A stretch of 64,000 nt of DNA from an uncultured Methanolobus sp. (GCA_963675495.1 OY776215.1:1440001-1504000), one strand, 5' to 3'; positions 1 through 10,892 are shown, counted from the first letter of the stretch. Notes: generated from the sequence alone by a model not told the origin. Program-made: numbers and translations.

Positions 1-165
1 GAATTCCTTGAAATGATCCAGGGTGCCATGGAAGGCGGTGCAAGAGGTGTTGCAATAGGAAGAAATGTATTCCAGCATGAGAATCCTACAAAAATTACAA
101 AAGCCATAACAGAGATAGTGCACCATAAAAAGTCAGTTGAAGAAGCACTGGAAAAACTGAAATAA
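1..165 (+). CDS. 3' end of class I aldolase (ADH synthase / DhnA family), partial
   Basis: Frame 1 reads [29 protein letters not shown]...KLK*. GxxxGRNVFQ is the class I aldolase C-terminal motif. Lies directly upstream of DHQ synthase II. Confidence 0.85.
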   Translation, partial: EFLEMIQGAMEGGARGVAIGRNVFQHENPTKITKAITEIVHHKKSVEEALEKLK

Positions 166-201
166 AGACAAATTAGTTTCTGTGCTTGCGGATGTGCTCA
201 T

Positions 202-1344
202 ATGAATAATAAGATAATCTGGATAAAAGCCGACGAAGGCAACTGGGATGAACGCAAGGCTGTAATTACCACCGGAATGGAATCCGGCGTTGATGCCATA
301 CTGGTCGATGCTGTCGATGTTGAAAAAGTGAAAGAGCTTGGAAATGTCAAGGTAGCTGCCTTTGCCTCTAATGAGGTCGAAAGAGCAGAAATAATCGTAG
401 TCGGAAAGGGCGGAGAAGGAGACGGAACAAAACCATTGCCACCTGACTACGGCGGATCCCTTGACATCACAACTGCCCTTCGCTTGAAAGAAAAGGGTGT
501 TAAGGTTGCAGGATACGTCATCATCCAGAACAAGAACTACGAGAACTTTGCAGCAGAAATGGGAAACATCTGCGATTATCTCATTACCATAGGTACTGAC
601 TGGCAGGTCATTCCACTGGAAAACCTCATTGCAGGGTTACAGAAAAAGGATGTAAAACTCATATCAGGAGTTCAGACCTCAGATGAAGCAAAGCTTGCTT
701 TCGAGACAATGGAACACGGCACAGACGGAGTAATGCTTGACACAAGAGACCTGAGCCAGATAAAGAAGACTGCAGATATTGCTGAAAGTGCCGGCGTCAA
801 TAACCTTGAGATCAAAACAGCTGTTGTTACAAATGTAGAATCCATAGGAATGGGTGACAGAGTTTGTGTGGACACCTGCAATTTGATGGTCAGAGGCGAA
901 GGAATGCTTGTGGGTTCACAGGCAAACGGCATGTTCCTTGTGCACTCAGAATCAGAGGAAAGCCCGTACGTTGCATCCCGCCCATTCAGGGTCAATGCCG
1001 GTGCTGTACATGCTTACATCAAAGTAGGTGAAAAGACCCGCTACCTTTCCGAGCTTAAGGCAGGAGATCAAGTAACCATAGTTGATGGTGACGGAAAGCA
1101 GAGAACAGGAGTTGTCGGCAGAGTAAAGATAGAAAGAAGGCCACTCATCCTCGTTGAAGCTGATCTCAATGGAAAAATTATCAAGAATATCCTGCAAAAC
1201 GCAGAAACAATTAAACTTGTCACAAAGGACAAAGAACCCGTAGCTGTGACCGATATAAAGGTTGGGGATGAGATACTTGTCCACTCAGAGGACATAGGCC
1301 GCCACTTCGGAATGAAGATAGAAGAGACCATTATCGAGAAATAA
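202..1344 (+). CDS. aroB': 3-dehydroquinate synthase II (archaeal)
   Basis: Motifs WQVIPLENLIA, GDRVCVDTC, RPFRVNAG, GRHFG; aro operon context. Confidence 0.95.
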   Translation: MNNKIIWIKADEGNWDERKAVITTGMESGVDAILVDAVDVEKVKELGNVKVAAFASNEVERAEIIVVGKGGEGDGTKPLPPDYGGSLDITTALRLKEKGVKVAGYVIIQNKNYENFAAEMGNICDYLITIGTDWQVIPLENLIAGLQKKDVKLISGVQTSDEAKLAFETMEHGTDGVMLDTRDLSQIKKTADIAESAGVNNLEIKTAVVTNVESIGMGDRVCVDTCNLMVRGEGMLVGSQANGMFLVHSESEESPYVASRPFRVNAGAVHAYIKVGEKTRYLSELKAGDQVTIVDGDGKQRTGVVGRVKIERRPLILVEADLNGKIIKNILQNAETIKLVTKDKEPVAVTDIKVGDEILVHSEDIGRHFGMKIEETIIEK

Positions 1345-1352
1345 GTAAGGAG

Positions 1353-2066
1353 TTGTCGCTGATGGTAAAAATAGGCACTTTTGATCTTGATAAAAGACCT
1401 GCAATCGTTTCCGTGATAGACGATGATCCGGCAGAGAGTGCAAAAGCTGCAAACTGGCTGGGTGCCAATGTGCTGGAATTGAGACTGGACCTTCTCAATT
1501 TTTCAGACATTGAAGAGGCGAAGAAAACCATTGAGAGGATCAAAGTTAACACCAACCTCCCGTGTATTGCAACCAACAGATTACAATCTGATGGTGGTAA
1601 GTGGGAAGGCAGCGAGGATGAAAGAATTTCAGTATTAACAAATATTCTTCCTTTTGTAGAAGCCATTGATATAGAGCTCAGTTCAAATGCAGACCAGCGC
1701 AGCAAACTCATCGATGCAGCAAAGGCGGCTGGAGTAACAGTTATCGTTTCAGCTCATGATTTCAACGCCACCCCTTCTGTTGAAGAAATGAAGAAGATAC
1801 TCACCAGTGCCCATGATGCAGGTGCCGATATTGCAAAACTGGCAGTAATGGCACAATCAAAACAGGATGTACTTGGCGTGCTTCAGGCAACCACAGACAT
1901 GGACAAACCAGTATGCACTATTGCAATGGGTGAAGTTGGAAAACACAGCCGCATAGTTGCACCATGTTACGGATCACGCCTGACATACGGTGCAATAGCA
2001 AAAGCTGTGGCTCCCGGACAGATTAAGATACATGAACTTAAATCAGCCCTGGAGATTCTTTTTTGA
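1353..2066 (+). CDS. aroD: Type I 3-dehydroquinate dehydratase
   Basis: Motifs ELRLD, SAHDF, ADIAKLA, IAMG, APGQ. Confidence 0.95.
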   Translation: MSLMVKIGTFDLDKRPAIVSVIDDDPAESAKAANWLGANVLELRLDLLNFSDIEEAKKTIERIKVNTNLPCIATNRLQSDGGKWEGSEDERISVLTNILPFVEAIDIELSSNADQRSKLIDAAKAAGVTVIVSAHDFNATPSVEEMKKILTSAHDAGADIAKLAVMAQSKQDVLGVLQATTDMDKPVCTIAMGEVGKHSRIVAPCYGSRLTYGAIAKAVAPGQIKIHELKSALEILF

Positions 2067-2878
2067 GAACTGTTTTCGGAGTATTTGGAGATCCAATAGC
2101 ACATTCACGGTCTCCGAATATGCATAATGCAGCTTTCGCAGAACTTGGCATGGAGTGTACCTACCATGCTTTCAAAGTTAGTCCTGGTAACCTGAAGGAT
2201 GCCCTTCTTGGAGCTAAAGCCATGGGTTTTGGTGGTGTGAACCTCACAGTCCCATTGAAACAGGAAGCATTGAGCATAGTTGATGCCGACCCGCTGGCAA
2301 AGAGCATAGGTGCTGTCAATACAGTTGATTTCAAAAATGGAATGAAAGGCTACAATACCGATGGTCTTGGAGCAAAACGTACCCTTGAGGAAAAAGATGT
2401 GAGAGTAGATGGTTCCAAAGTGCTTATAGTAGGTGCGGGTGGTGCTGCACGTGCAATAGCGTTCCAGTTTGCGAAGGACGGAGCAAATATCACCATTGCC
2501 AACAGGACAGAAAAGAAGGCTATTGACCTTGCAACGGATGTATCGGCAGTTGGTCCCGCCAACGGATGTGGGCTTGATAAATTGAAGGGACTTATCAATG
2601 ACACCGATATTCTTGTTAATTGCACAACCCAGGGAATGCACCCCAATACTGAAGGAAGCATAGCAACGGCAGAGGACATGCACCCTGAACTTGCCGTATT
2701 TGATATTGTTTACAACCCGCTGGAAACCAGGCTTTTGAGAGAAGCAAATAAAGCAGGTGCAAAGGCAGTCACCGGAGAAATGATGCTTGTCTACCAGGGT
2801 GCAGAGGCATTCAGGATATGGACAGGTGTTGAGCCGCCGATCGACGTTATGAAAAGAGCAGTACTGGAGGGGCTCTGA
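2063..2878 (+). CDS. aroE: Shikimate dehydrogenase
   Basis: Motifs HSRSP, NLTVPLK, GAVNT, GYNTDG, GAGGAARA. Confidence 0.96.
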   Translation: MRTVFGVFGDPIAHSRSPNMHNAAFAELGMECTYHAFKVSPGNLKDALLGAKAMGFGGVNLTVPLKQEALSIVDADPLAKSIGAVNTVDFKNGMKGYNTDGLGAKRTLEEKDVRVDGSKVLIVGAGGAARAIAFQFAKDGANITIANRTEKKAIDLATDVSAVGPANGCGLDKLKGLINDTDILVNCTTQGMHPNTEGSIATAEDMHPELAVFDIVYNPLETRLLREANKAGAKAVTGEMMLVYQGAEAFRIWTGVEPPIDVMKRAVLEGL

Positions 2879-2880
2879 AT

Positions 2881-4197
2881 TTGAAAGTCCTTATTATAGG
2901 CGGTACTGGAGAGATGGGACAGTGGTTCACCCCTTTTTTTAAGAACCACGGTTACGAAGTTGTTGTCTGGGGCAGCAGTGGAAAAGTTGAGATAGCAGAG
3001 CGAATGGAAGTCGAATTTGCAAAGGACCTTGATACTGCCATTAGTACAAGTGACATCGTAATCGTCACTGTGCCTATCAATATCACTGAAAAGGTAATTA
3101 GTGAGACTGCACCAAAAATGAAGGATGGCAGTCTGCTTATGGATTTCACATCCCTTAAAGCAGGACCAACTGAAGCCATGAAGAAATACGCACCGGAAGG
3201 TGTGGAGATACTTGGCACACACCCCATGTTCGGGCCATCCATACCAAGCCTGCATGGCCAGATATTCATACTAACACCAATCGAGGGACGATGCGATAAA
3301 TGGTTCCCTGTGATGAGGTCACTTTTTGAAGATAACGGTGCACATATCGAAGTAATAAGTCCGGCTGAGCATGACAGGTTCGTGTCCGTTGTGCAGGGAC
3401 TGACACACTTTGCATACATCACCATCGGTACGACCTTTGAAAGACTTGATTTCAGTGTGAATGAATCAAGGCGTTTTATGAGTCCTGTGTATGACATCAT
3501 GCTTGATTTCGTAGGCAGGATACTGGGACAGAACCCATACCTCTATGCATACATCCAGATGGAGAACCCGGAAGTCCTCAAAGTACATGATGCGTTCATG
3601 CAGCAATGCAGTGAGATGTCATCCATTGTCAGAGAAAAGGATGTTGAAGCATTCACGACTAAAATGAGAGATGCTGCCATTCATTTCGGAGATACGGCAT
3701 CGGCACTGCGTCGTTCTGATAAGCTCATAAACTCAAAGATAGCTGAGTTCGATGAACTGATAGATTCCATTGGTATGGAAAGAGGACTCAAGCATATATA
3801 TTCCAATATTGTCCACATTGGAATAGTAAAAAAGGTTACTCCGAGAGGTGTAGTCCTCTTTGTGGGTAACAGGTTAGTACCCCTTAAAATGGAGAATGTA
3901 CGCCTCCTTTCCGCAGAGGAACTTAAAGCATGGAAAAATAAGATTTTGATGCATCACACAAGAGATATCTCAGTACTTATCCCTCAAGGCTCGAAACCGG
4001 AAGCGATTTGCAATGTAATTGCCTGCAATGACAATATTATCTCCGTCAGGAAGATCGATACGTACACAGGAGTAGAAGGAACGGACAGGACCAGTGTAAC
4101 TTACCGCATCAATATAACCGGAGATTCCGATGCAGCAAGAGTGAACGACGAGATCGTAGAGCAGCTGTGTGGCATAGGCTGTAAACTCAGAACCTGA
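2881..4197 (+). CDS. tyrA: Prephenate dehydrogenase with C-terminal extension
   Basis: GGTGEMG Rossmann fold, HPMFGP, EHD..VSVVQGLTH; about 140 extra C-terminal residues. Confidence 0.92.
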   Translation: MKVLIIGGTGEMGQWFTPFFKNHGYEVVVWGSSGKVEIAERMEVEFAKDLDTAISTSDIVIVTVPINITEKVISETAPKMKDGSLLMDFTSLKAGPTEAMKKYAPEGVEILGTHPMFGPSIPSLHGQIFILTPIEGRCDKWFPVMRSLFEDNGAHIEVISPAEHDRFVSVVQGLTHFAYITIGTTFERLDFSVNESRRFMSPVYDIMLDFVGRILGQNPYLYAYIQMENPEVLKVHDAFMQQCSEMSSIVREKDVEAFTTKMRDAAIHFGDTASALRRSDKLINSKIAEFDELIDSIGMERGLKHIYSNIVHIGIVKKVTPRGVVLFVGNRLVPLKMENVRLLSAEELKAWKNKILMHHTRDISVLIPQGSKPEAICNVIACNDNIISVRKIDTYTGVEGTDRTSVTYRINITGDSDAARVNDEIVEQLCGIGCKLRT

Positions 4198-4300
4198 TGT
4201 CCATTATAGTTGAATTCACAATCAATTGGTCACACTGTTCTGACAATTTATCAGGGTAAACGTTATCAGGCATCTGAACCTACACCAAGTAAGTGATAAT

Positions 4301-4591
4301 GTGAAAGGTTCATCCCCAAGCCCCCAACAATATAACCTGATCTATAAGATAGGTGTCTTTTTTACCGCTGCTTTTGGACTGTACCTGGGAATCTCGGGAC
4401 TTTACCTCATTATAGTTGACGGGAACTTCTTAGCTGGCATACCACTCTTCATTGCCGCAATACTGATAGCACCCCCGCCAATAGGCATATACAGAATGGT
4501 GAAAGATAAGTTCAATGTAGACCTTTCAATGGCCTTACGGATGATAATTGCAACCCTGATGCTGTTCGTTGCATGGTTGAATCTGCGCTGA
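4301..4591 (+). CDS. Small membrane protein, unknown function
   Basis: 96 aa with about three hydrophobic segments; fills an intergenic gap. Confidence 0.7.
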   Translation: MKGSSPSPQQYNLIYKIGVFFTAAFGLYLGISGLYLIIVDGNFLAGIPLFIAAILIAPPPIGIYRMVKDKFNVDLSMALRMIIATLMLFVAWLNLR

Positions 4592-4612
4592 AAAATAAGT
4601 AAGAAAAAATAA

Positions 4613-5296
4613 TCAGACCTTGCTTACAAGGTCTTCAAGTGCAGCTTTAGGGTCTGCAGCTTTTACAATACCTGATGCCAGCAGAACACCGACAGAACCA
4701 AGTTCAAGAGCTGCTGCAAGGTCTTCCCCTTTTGAGATACCTGCGCCACAGAGAACCTCTACTGCCGGGTTGATTCTCTTTACTGCTTCAACAGAACCCG
4801 TTACAACTCCAGGGTCTGCTTTTGATACAGGGATACCGGAACCGATGAGCTCAGGTGGTTCCACTGCAACATAATCAGGACCTAGAGCTGCTGCTGCCGC
4901 TGATGTCGCAATGTTGTTGGTACAGACTATTGTCTTAAGACCTGCACCCTTTGCGGTTGTGATGGATGCATCGATGTTTGCAAGTGTAAGGCGGCATTCG
5001 GAGTGGTTGATGAGAGTTCCAACTGCACCGGCATCTTTGATCGACTGGACAAATGCGCTTCCTGTAAAGCTGCCTGCTCCAACAGGGTCAAGACTCTGGG
5101 AATAGACCGGCAGGTCAACCTGTGACGCAACACGGTAGATATCACAGAATTGAGGTGCGACACCGATCTCGATGCCTGAATCGTCTGCAACTTCCATACA
5201 TGCCTGTGCAACCTTTACGGCGCCTTCACCTGTGCCCTCAAGATATGTCTTAAGGTTCAGGACTATTAGTGTAGAACTCAAATCAAATCTCTCCAA
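4613..5296 (-). CDS. tpiA: Triosephosphate isomerase (archaeal type)
   Basis: Motifs NLKTY, NHSE, VEPPELIG, CGAGI, GVLLASG. True start may be a few codons downstream. Confidence 0.96.
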   Translation of the reverse strand: MERFDLSSTLIVLNLKTYLEGTGEGAVKVAQACMEVADDSGIEIGVAPQFCDIYRVASQVDLPVYSQSLDPVGAGSFTGSAFVQSIKDAGAVGTLINHSECRLTLANIDASITTAKGAGLKTIVCTNNIATSAAAAALGPDYVAVEPPELIGSGIPVSKADPGVVTGSVEAVKRINPAVEVLCGAGISKGEDLAAALELGSVGVLLASGIVKAADPKAALEDLVSKV

Positions 5297-5433
5297 TATG
5301 AATATCAGTATACGTATTATGTATGCAGCAATATAGATGTAACTCCAACTATAAATATAAGAGTGGAAAGAAGATTATAAAGAACCAAGAATCTAAGAAA
5401 AAAAGAAGATAAGAGTGTGGAAATCCCACACGC

Positions 5434-6621
5434 TTAGAAATCAGTCATTACTCTGAACTGGTCGATCTCAGGGTTGTTAAGACCTTCAATGAATTTCTCT
5501 GCGACCTGCCTTACATCCTTTGCGTTGGTGATTGCTCTTCCAACTACAAGAACGTCAGCACCTGCTGAAAGTGCATCAGGCATTGTGTCAATACGTACGC
5601 CACCAGCTACTGCCACCAGAAGTTTTGGTGAAAGCGCCTTGATGTCTTCGATGCTTCCCCATGCATGTGCAGAGGTCTCTACATCGATACCACGGTGCAG
5701 TTCAACTACATCTGGCAGAACATCAAGCTGTTTGAGTACAGCTACAGGGTCATCGCAGTTGAGTGTGTCCATAACAGCATAGATACCTGTCTTGTGAGCT
5801 TCCTCGATTACCTTGTTAAGGGTTGGTATTGGCGCAAGTGCGGAAACAACAATAGCATCTGCGGTTGCGTCTGCGACCATACGAGCCTCGAGGTTACCTG
5901 TGTCGAGGGTCTTAAGGTCAGCAACTATGAATGCATCCGGACGGACCTCTCTGAGCTTGCCGATAACATCTGTACCATAGCGTTTGATAAGAGGTGTACC
6001 AGCTTCGAGAATAACGTGGTCGCTCTTTGGGATCTGCTTGACGATATCCAGAATTACAGGAAGGTTAGGGTTGTCAAGTGCAACCTGAAGATATGGCGGG
6101 TTCCAGAGTCTGGATACCTTGAATCCCATGATAGCGTGACCCATTCTGTCCTTCTCCTTGAGTACTGTGTCAACGTCAGGGAAGCCATCTACTGCGCGCT
6201 TTACAGCGAGTTTTGCTGCTCCGTAGTTGTATCTGTAGATCTTGTTGTAGTCAGTTGCTTCAGGGTGGATGAACACACTTGCGACAACAACTATGTCTTC
6301 AATGTCCATGTCACCGAATGCTCCCTCTTCAAGAGCATCTGCAACAGCTTTGGATACAGCAGCCTGTGCAGGACCGAAGATCTGTGCAGCCTGATCCATG
6401 TTCTTTACTGTGACTTTAGGGACGATAAGTGTTGCTGGCTTTGCAGGAAGGTTTGGACGAATTACTGAAAGCAGAGGTGTGTGACCTACTGACAACTGTG
6501 TAAAACCATTTGCGAATGCCTGGCCCACTGGACCGTCTTTATTGCCGACCATAACGTCAACATGTGCGAGTTCTGGTGCCTCGCCAATTAATGCTTCTCC
6601 GATTAGTAACATGATTCTCAC
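5434..6621 (-). CDS. fae-hps: Bifunctional formaldehyde-activating enzyme / 3-hexulose-6-phosphate synthase
   Basis: N-terminal Fae ([15 protein letters not shown]) fused to HPS ([20 protein letters not shown]). Likely ATG at 6612. Confidence 0.95.
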   Translation of the reverse strand: MRIMLLIGEALIGEAPELAHVDVMVGNKDGPVGQAFANGFTQLSVGHTPLLSVIRPNLPAKPATLIVPKVTVKNMDQAAQIFGPAQAAVSKAVADALEEGAFGDMDIEDIVVVASVFIHPEATDYNKIYRYNYGAAKLAVKRAVDGFPDVDTVLKEKDRMGHAIMGFKVSRLWNPPYLQVALDNPNLPVILDIVKQIPKSDHVILEAGTPLIKRYGTDVIGKLREVRPDAFIVADLKTLDTGNLEARMVADATADAIVVSALAPIPTLNKVIEEAHKTGIYAVMDTLNCDDPVAVLKQLDVLPDVVELHRGIDVETSAHAWGSIEDIKALSPKLLVAVAGGVRIDTMPDALSAGADVLVVGRAITNAKDVRQVAEKFIEGLNNPEIDQFRVMTDF

Positions 6622-6813
6622 TCTTATATACTAAATAAATATTAGTTCGTTCATTAGTTAATTAATGCTAGTGCAAGTATGAAATTTATCAGTTCTCGTG
6701 CAAAACCAGTGCTTTTTATATTAGAGTTACGGCATAAAACACAAGATTTGTGCTTTATATAGTATATACCGATAAATAGTTTGTTGAAACTATCTTTTTT
6801 AGTTTGAAAAGTA

Positions 6814-7425
6814 TCAGATGATCTTGGGACAGATATCATCCATAATACATTCTTCACATTTCGGGCCCACTGGCCGGCATACATTCTGACCGAACAACAC
6901 CATAAGCCCATTTATGTCCTTCCAGTCCTGTTTTGATATTACCTTTTCAAGCTCTTTTTCCGTTTCATCCGGCTCGGAAGTTTCAACCAGACCCAGGCGA
7001 TTGGATATCCTGTGCACATGAGTATCTACTGCTATGACATCCTGTTCGAAACCATATCCAAGCACACAATTAGCAGTCTTTCTACCCACTCCGGGTAGTT
7101 TAAGGAGCTCATCCATACTGTCAGGCACAACCCCGGCATAATCCTGTAAAATGATGCGGGAAATTTCGATGATGCGCTGGGCTTTCACCCTGTAGAAACC
7201 CACATTTCTGATTAGTTCCTGTATCTCATCAACATCTGCCCCTGCCATTTCCCGGACGGTGCCAAAGACACTGAAAAGTTTCTGGCTTGTGGGAATCGTA
7301 ACATCGTCACGGGTGCGCTGGGACAACACAGTAGATATCAAAAGATAAAAAGGATCCCTGTTAATGTGAAAATATCCGCCCGGATACAGTTCTTTGAGAC
7401 GTGAGACTACATCTTCGACATACAT
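6814..7425 (-). CDS. nth: Endonuclease III (HhH-GPD, 4Fe-4S)
   Basis: Motifs LSQRT, LPGVGRKTAN, VDTHVHR and C-x6-C-x2-C-x5-C. Confidence 0.95.
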   Translation of the reverse strand: MYVEDVVSRLKELYPGGYFHINRDPFYLLISTVLSQRTRDDVTIPTSQKLFSVFGTVREMAGADVDEIQELIRNVGFYRVKAQRIIEISRIILQDYAGVVPDSMDELLKLPGVGRKTANCVLGYGFEQDVIAVDTHVHRISNRLGLVETSEPDETEKELEKVISKQDWKDINGLMVLFGQNVCRPVGPKCEECIMDDICPKII

Positions 7426-7526
7426 AAAAAGATGGAAAACCCCAGCATATAAAATACTTTGTGAATAGTGCTTTCAAAAAGAGTGAAATGCAAACAAGTA
7501 GTATTTTCAGTGTAAAATATGCACTG

Positions 7527-9845
7527 CTAAGTTTTGCTTGTACATTGATTTTTGCTTTTAGAGTAGGAAGGGAAAGATACGTGGACAGTTGTTCCTGCAC
7601 CTTCATCACTTTCGATCCATATTTTACCACCATGTATCTCTGCTATTGTTTTACTGACGTATAGCCCTAATCCGCTCCCGCCATACTTCCTTGACATGGA
7701 ACTATCTATCTGGTAAAAACGTTTGAAAATATTGGATGCCTCATGCTTAGGTATGCCTATTCCGGAATCTTTGATCATTATACGAACATCGTCTTCTTCC
7801 TTAAACGCACGAATAAGAACCTTTGAGCCATTGGAGCTGAATTTTACGGCATTATCAATTATGGATCTGAAAAGATAAGGCATGTACTCTACATCCCCTT
7901 TTATTAAAGGCAGATCCTCTTCAAGATCAAGAAGAAGTATCATATCCTTATCCTGGGATCTGAATGAAAAATATTCAACCACTTTCTTCAAGCTGTCCTC
8001 TATCCTGATGGGGTCCAGTCTGTAATCTACCTTACCTGATTTGACAATGCTCATGTATATTAGTGAGTCCATCAGGAAACTCAAGTGATCATATTTATCA
8101 AGGACCGTTTTCATGGCATTTTTCTGCTTAGGGTTAAGTGGTCCCATAACTTCGTCATAGACAAGCTCACTATAGCCCTTTATAGAAATAAGAGGAGTCT
8201 TGAGTTCATGACTTAAATTGGAAAGGAATTCATTTTTCATCCTCTCAAGAGATTTAAGTTCCTCATTTTTTTGAGATAATTCCTCAGTATACAAACTGAT
8301 TTCCTCATAAGCTTTTTTGCGCTCAGAAATATCACGGGTCACCCCAAGGAAGAACTGGAAATTACCATCGTCATCACAAACAGGGTTTGCAACTGCTTCA
8401 GTCCACACGCGAGATCCGTTCTTGTGAAATTGTTCTACTTCAAAAATCTCTGAATATTGGCCTTCGCCAGCCTTTAATTTCCCATAGAAACTGTTAATTG
8501 CATCAACTACTTTGTTCTTGTGTTCCGGAGGGAAGATATCATCAAATGTCTGGTTGATAACTTCTTCAGGCGTATATCCTCGCAATTTGAAAACAGACGG
8601 ACTGACATATGTGAATTTACCTTCGGGACTCAGAGTCCATATTACATCATTTGCATTTTCAGCAAGAAGGCGGAACTTTTGTTCACTTTCTTTTAAGATC
8701 TTTTCTGTATGTTTACGTTCGCTTATATCCCTTAAGTTGCTCAAAAGAGCATTTGATCCATTATATTCAATTACCCTTACACCCATTTCAACAGGAACAC
8801 GGCTGCTGTCTTTTTTCAAATATGTGAGCTCGAATCTATCATATTTATTTTTAATTACTGCTGCCACCTTTTCATCACAGGTTCCCTGATGTTCCTTGGC
8901 TACAAGATCATGCCTTGTCATCATCAGCAATTCTTCAATTTTATAACCAAGCATATCAGATGCAACTAAATTTGCATCGATAACATTGCAATCAAAGTCA
9001 AAAATAATAATTGCGTCTGCAGCGTTTTCAAACAGCACCCGGAATTTTTCTTCAGATGTTTTTAATTTCATTGAAGCCAGCCGCTCCTCCGTCACATCTG
9101 AACCGGAACTGAGTATTCCTGAAATGTTCCCGTCCTGATCTCTAAAAGGTGAATTGTTCCAATGGATTATCCTTTTTCCTTTATTCTTTGTGAGGATACT
9201 ATTTTCGAACACCTTTGCTTCATCGACATTACCTTTTATTATACTGTTAAAAGCTGAGAGTACAGCATCTTTTTCATCAGGAGGTACAAACATTTCTACC
9301 CAATTTTTGCCAATCAGATCTGATTCTTCGCACCCTACAACCTGACAGCATTTATTGTTGGCAAGTTGTACAGTACCATCCATGTTAAAAGCAATAATCA
9401 TACAACCTGCAGTATCAAGATAATTTTGTGCCCTGTCCCTTTCGAAACTAAGTTCATCATATAGCTGCTTGTTCTTTAACAGGCTCCGTGCCCTTGTAAG
9501 AACCTCAACCCTGTCAATGGGTTTAACGAGAAATTCGTCTGCACCAGCCTCAAGTCCCTTGATCCTGTCATCCTTCGATGACAGGGCAGTTACCATAATG
9601 ACTGGAATAAAACGTGTTGCATCAGAAGTCTTTATCCTGCGACACACTTCATATCCATTCATACCTGGCATCATTATGTCGAGCAGCACAAGATCAATAT
9701 GTTCTGATCCAATGATATCAAGAGCTTCTGAACCACTATAAGCTGCCCGTACAATATAATCCCTTGAAAGAAAAACTTCTAAAAGCTTAACGTTAAGAGG
9801 ATCATCATCAACGACCAATATGGTATATTCGAATTTTTTGTCCAT
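7527..9845 (-). CDS. Hybrid sensor histidine kinase (REC, 3 PAS, HisKA, HATPase)
   Basis: Receiver (VDDD, DIMMP, KP), three PAS/PAC repeats, SHELKTPL H-box, NAVKF, DSGIG, GSGLGL. Confidence 0.93.
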   Translation of the reverse strand: MDKKFEYTILVVDDDPLNVKLLEVFLSRDYIVRAAYSGSEALDIIGSEHIDLVLLDIMMPGMNGYEVCRRIKTSDATRFIPVIMVTALSSKDDRIKGLEAGADEFLVKPIDRVEVLTRARSLLKNKQLYDELSFERDRAQNYLDTAGCMIIAFNMDGTVQLANNKCCQVVGCEESDLIGKNWVEMFVPPDEKDAVLSAFNSIIKGNVDEAKVFENSILTKNKGKRIIHWNNSPFRDQDGNISGILSSGSDVTEERLASMKLKTSEEKFRVLFENAADAIIIFDFDCNVIDANLVASDMLGYKIEELLMMTRHDLVAKEHQGTCDEKVAAVIKNKYDRFELTYLKKDSSRVPVEMGVRVIEYNGSNALLSNLRDISERKHTEKILKESEQKFRLLAENANDVIWTLSPEGKFTYVSPSVFKLRGYTPEEVINQTFDDIFPPEHKNKVVDAINSFYGKLKAGEGQYSEIFEVEQFHKNGSRVWTEAVANPVCDDDGNFQFFLGVTRDISERKKAYEEISLYTEELSQKNEELKSLERMKNEFLSNLSHELKTPLISIKGYSELVYDEVMGPLNPKQKNAMKTVLDKYDHLSFLMDSLIYMSIVKSGKVDYRLDPIRIEDSLKKVVEYFSFRSQDKDMILLLDLEEDLPLIKGDVEYMPYLFRSIIDNAVKFSSNGSKVLIRAFKEEDDVRIMIKDSGIGIPKHEASNIFKRFYQIDSSMSRKYGGSGLGLYVSKTIAEIHGGKIWIESDEGAGTTVHVSFPSYSKSKNQCTSKT

Positions 9846-10038
9846 ACTACTGTAAACCTTGGCGGTGTTATGATAAAATATAAGTTGAGATTATAGATAT
9901 TCAGTAATTGTTAACACGATAATGTGGTTTAAGGAAATGTTCAATTGTTGCATATTATTCTTATATACTTGTTAATATATAAATACCATTCACTGGATTT
10001 TCGATTTTCTTAAAATACCAAAAGATAAGGAACTAAAA

Positions 10039-10506
10039 ATGATAGAATCTCTTTCAGTATCAATAGAAGAACATGCATTTTTTGGACTGTTCATAACAAG
10101 CTTTCTTGCTTCCACAATCTTACCACTTGGATCTGAAGCACTTGTCGTGTTACTTATCAGCAAGGGTTTTGATACCCTGTCAGTCATAATGGTAGCTTCA
10201 ATAGGTAACTATCTTGGAGCGTGTACCACATATTACATAGGACTAAGGGGACGAATGGACATAATAGAGAGATTCTTTTCGATATCCAAAAAACAACTTG
10301 AAAAAGCAGACCAACTTTTTGCAAAATACGGAACCTTCCTGCTTCTTTTAACGTGGTTGCCATTGATAGGAGATGCTATTGCAGCGACTGGTGGACTATT
10401 AAAACTTGATTTTAAGTCATTTTCAATTTACGTGTTCATAGGAAAAATGGCAAGATACGCAGCACTGGCATATATTACATTGACGACGCTGGCAAGTGTC
10501 CAGTGA
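10039..10506 (+). CDS. YqaA/DedA (VTT domain) membrane protein
   Basis: Motifs FLASTILPLGSE, GNYLGA, WLPLIGD, GKMARY. Confidence 0.88.
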   Translation: MIESLSVSIEEHAFFGLFITSFLASTILPLGSEALVVLLISKGFDTLSVIMVASIGNYLGACTTYYIGLRGRMDIIERFFSISKKQLEKADQLFAKYGTFLLLLTWLPLIGDAIAATGGLLKLDFKSFSIYVFIGKMARYAALAYITLTTLASVQ

Positions 10507-10634
10507 AACATATATTTCATGATCAAAATATTTAAAACAATAAAAGATGAAGGAAAAAGTGTTTATAGTGATCATGTTCATATATTTGCATATATATTTT
10601 ACAAATTATAGTAAACACTTTAAACGGGATTAAA

Positions 10635-10829
10635 ATGGCACAATTAGACCTTGATGAAAAATCAATGAAGAAAACTGCTTTGCTCATACCTGTTGCAGTG
10701 ATTCTTGGAACTCTATTGGCAATCATAGCGCATAAGACATTACAATCTACAACAGCGTTGCTCACTATTTTTATAGGAACCATCATTGTAGCTCTTGCCA
10801 CTTACGCCCTGGTAAAAAAAAAGAGTTGA
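10635..10829 (+). CDS. Small two-helix membrane protein
   Basis: 64 aa with two hydrophobic segments and a basic C-terminus. Confidence 0.6.
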   Translation: MAQLDLDEKSMKKTALLIPVAVILGTLLAIIAHKTLQSTTALLTIFIGTIIVALATYALVKKKS

Positions 10830-10892
10830 TATTGGAATAACAAAAAAATTAACGATAACTTTATAGACAGGGAACATAATGTATCTAAGTCT

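Noticed and set aside
5665-6468. 267-aa plus-strand ORF and many other long antisense ORFs in the track
   Set aside because: They lie opposite well-supported genes (here fae-hps) and have no motifs; they are codon-bias shadows.
6669-6676. TAGTGCAA shared upstream of fae-hps and mtd (37528-37535)
   Set aside because: Only an 8-mer at different distances from the start codons; expected by chance.
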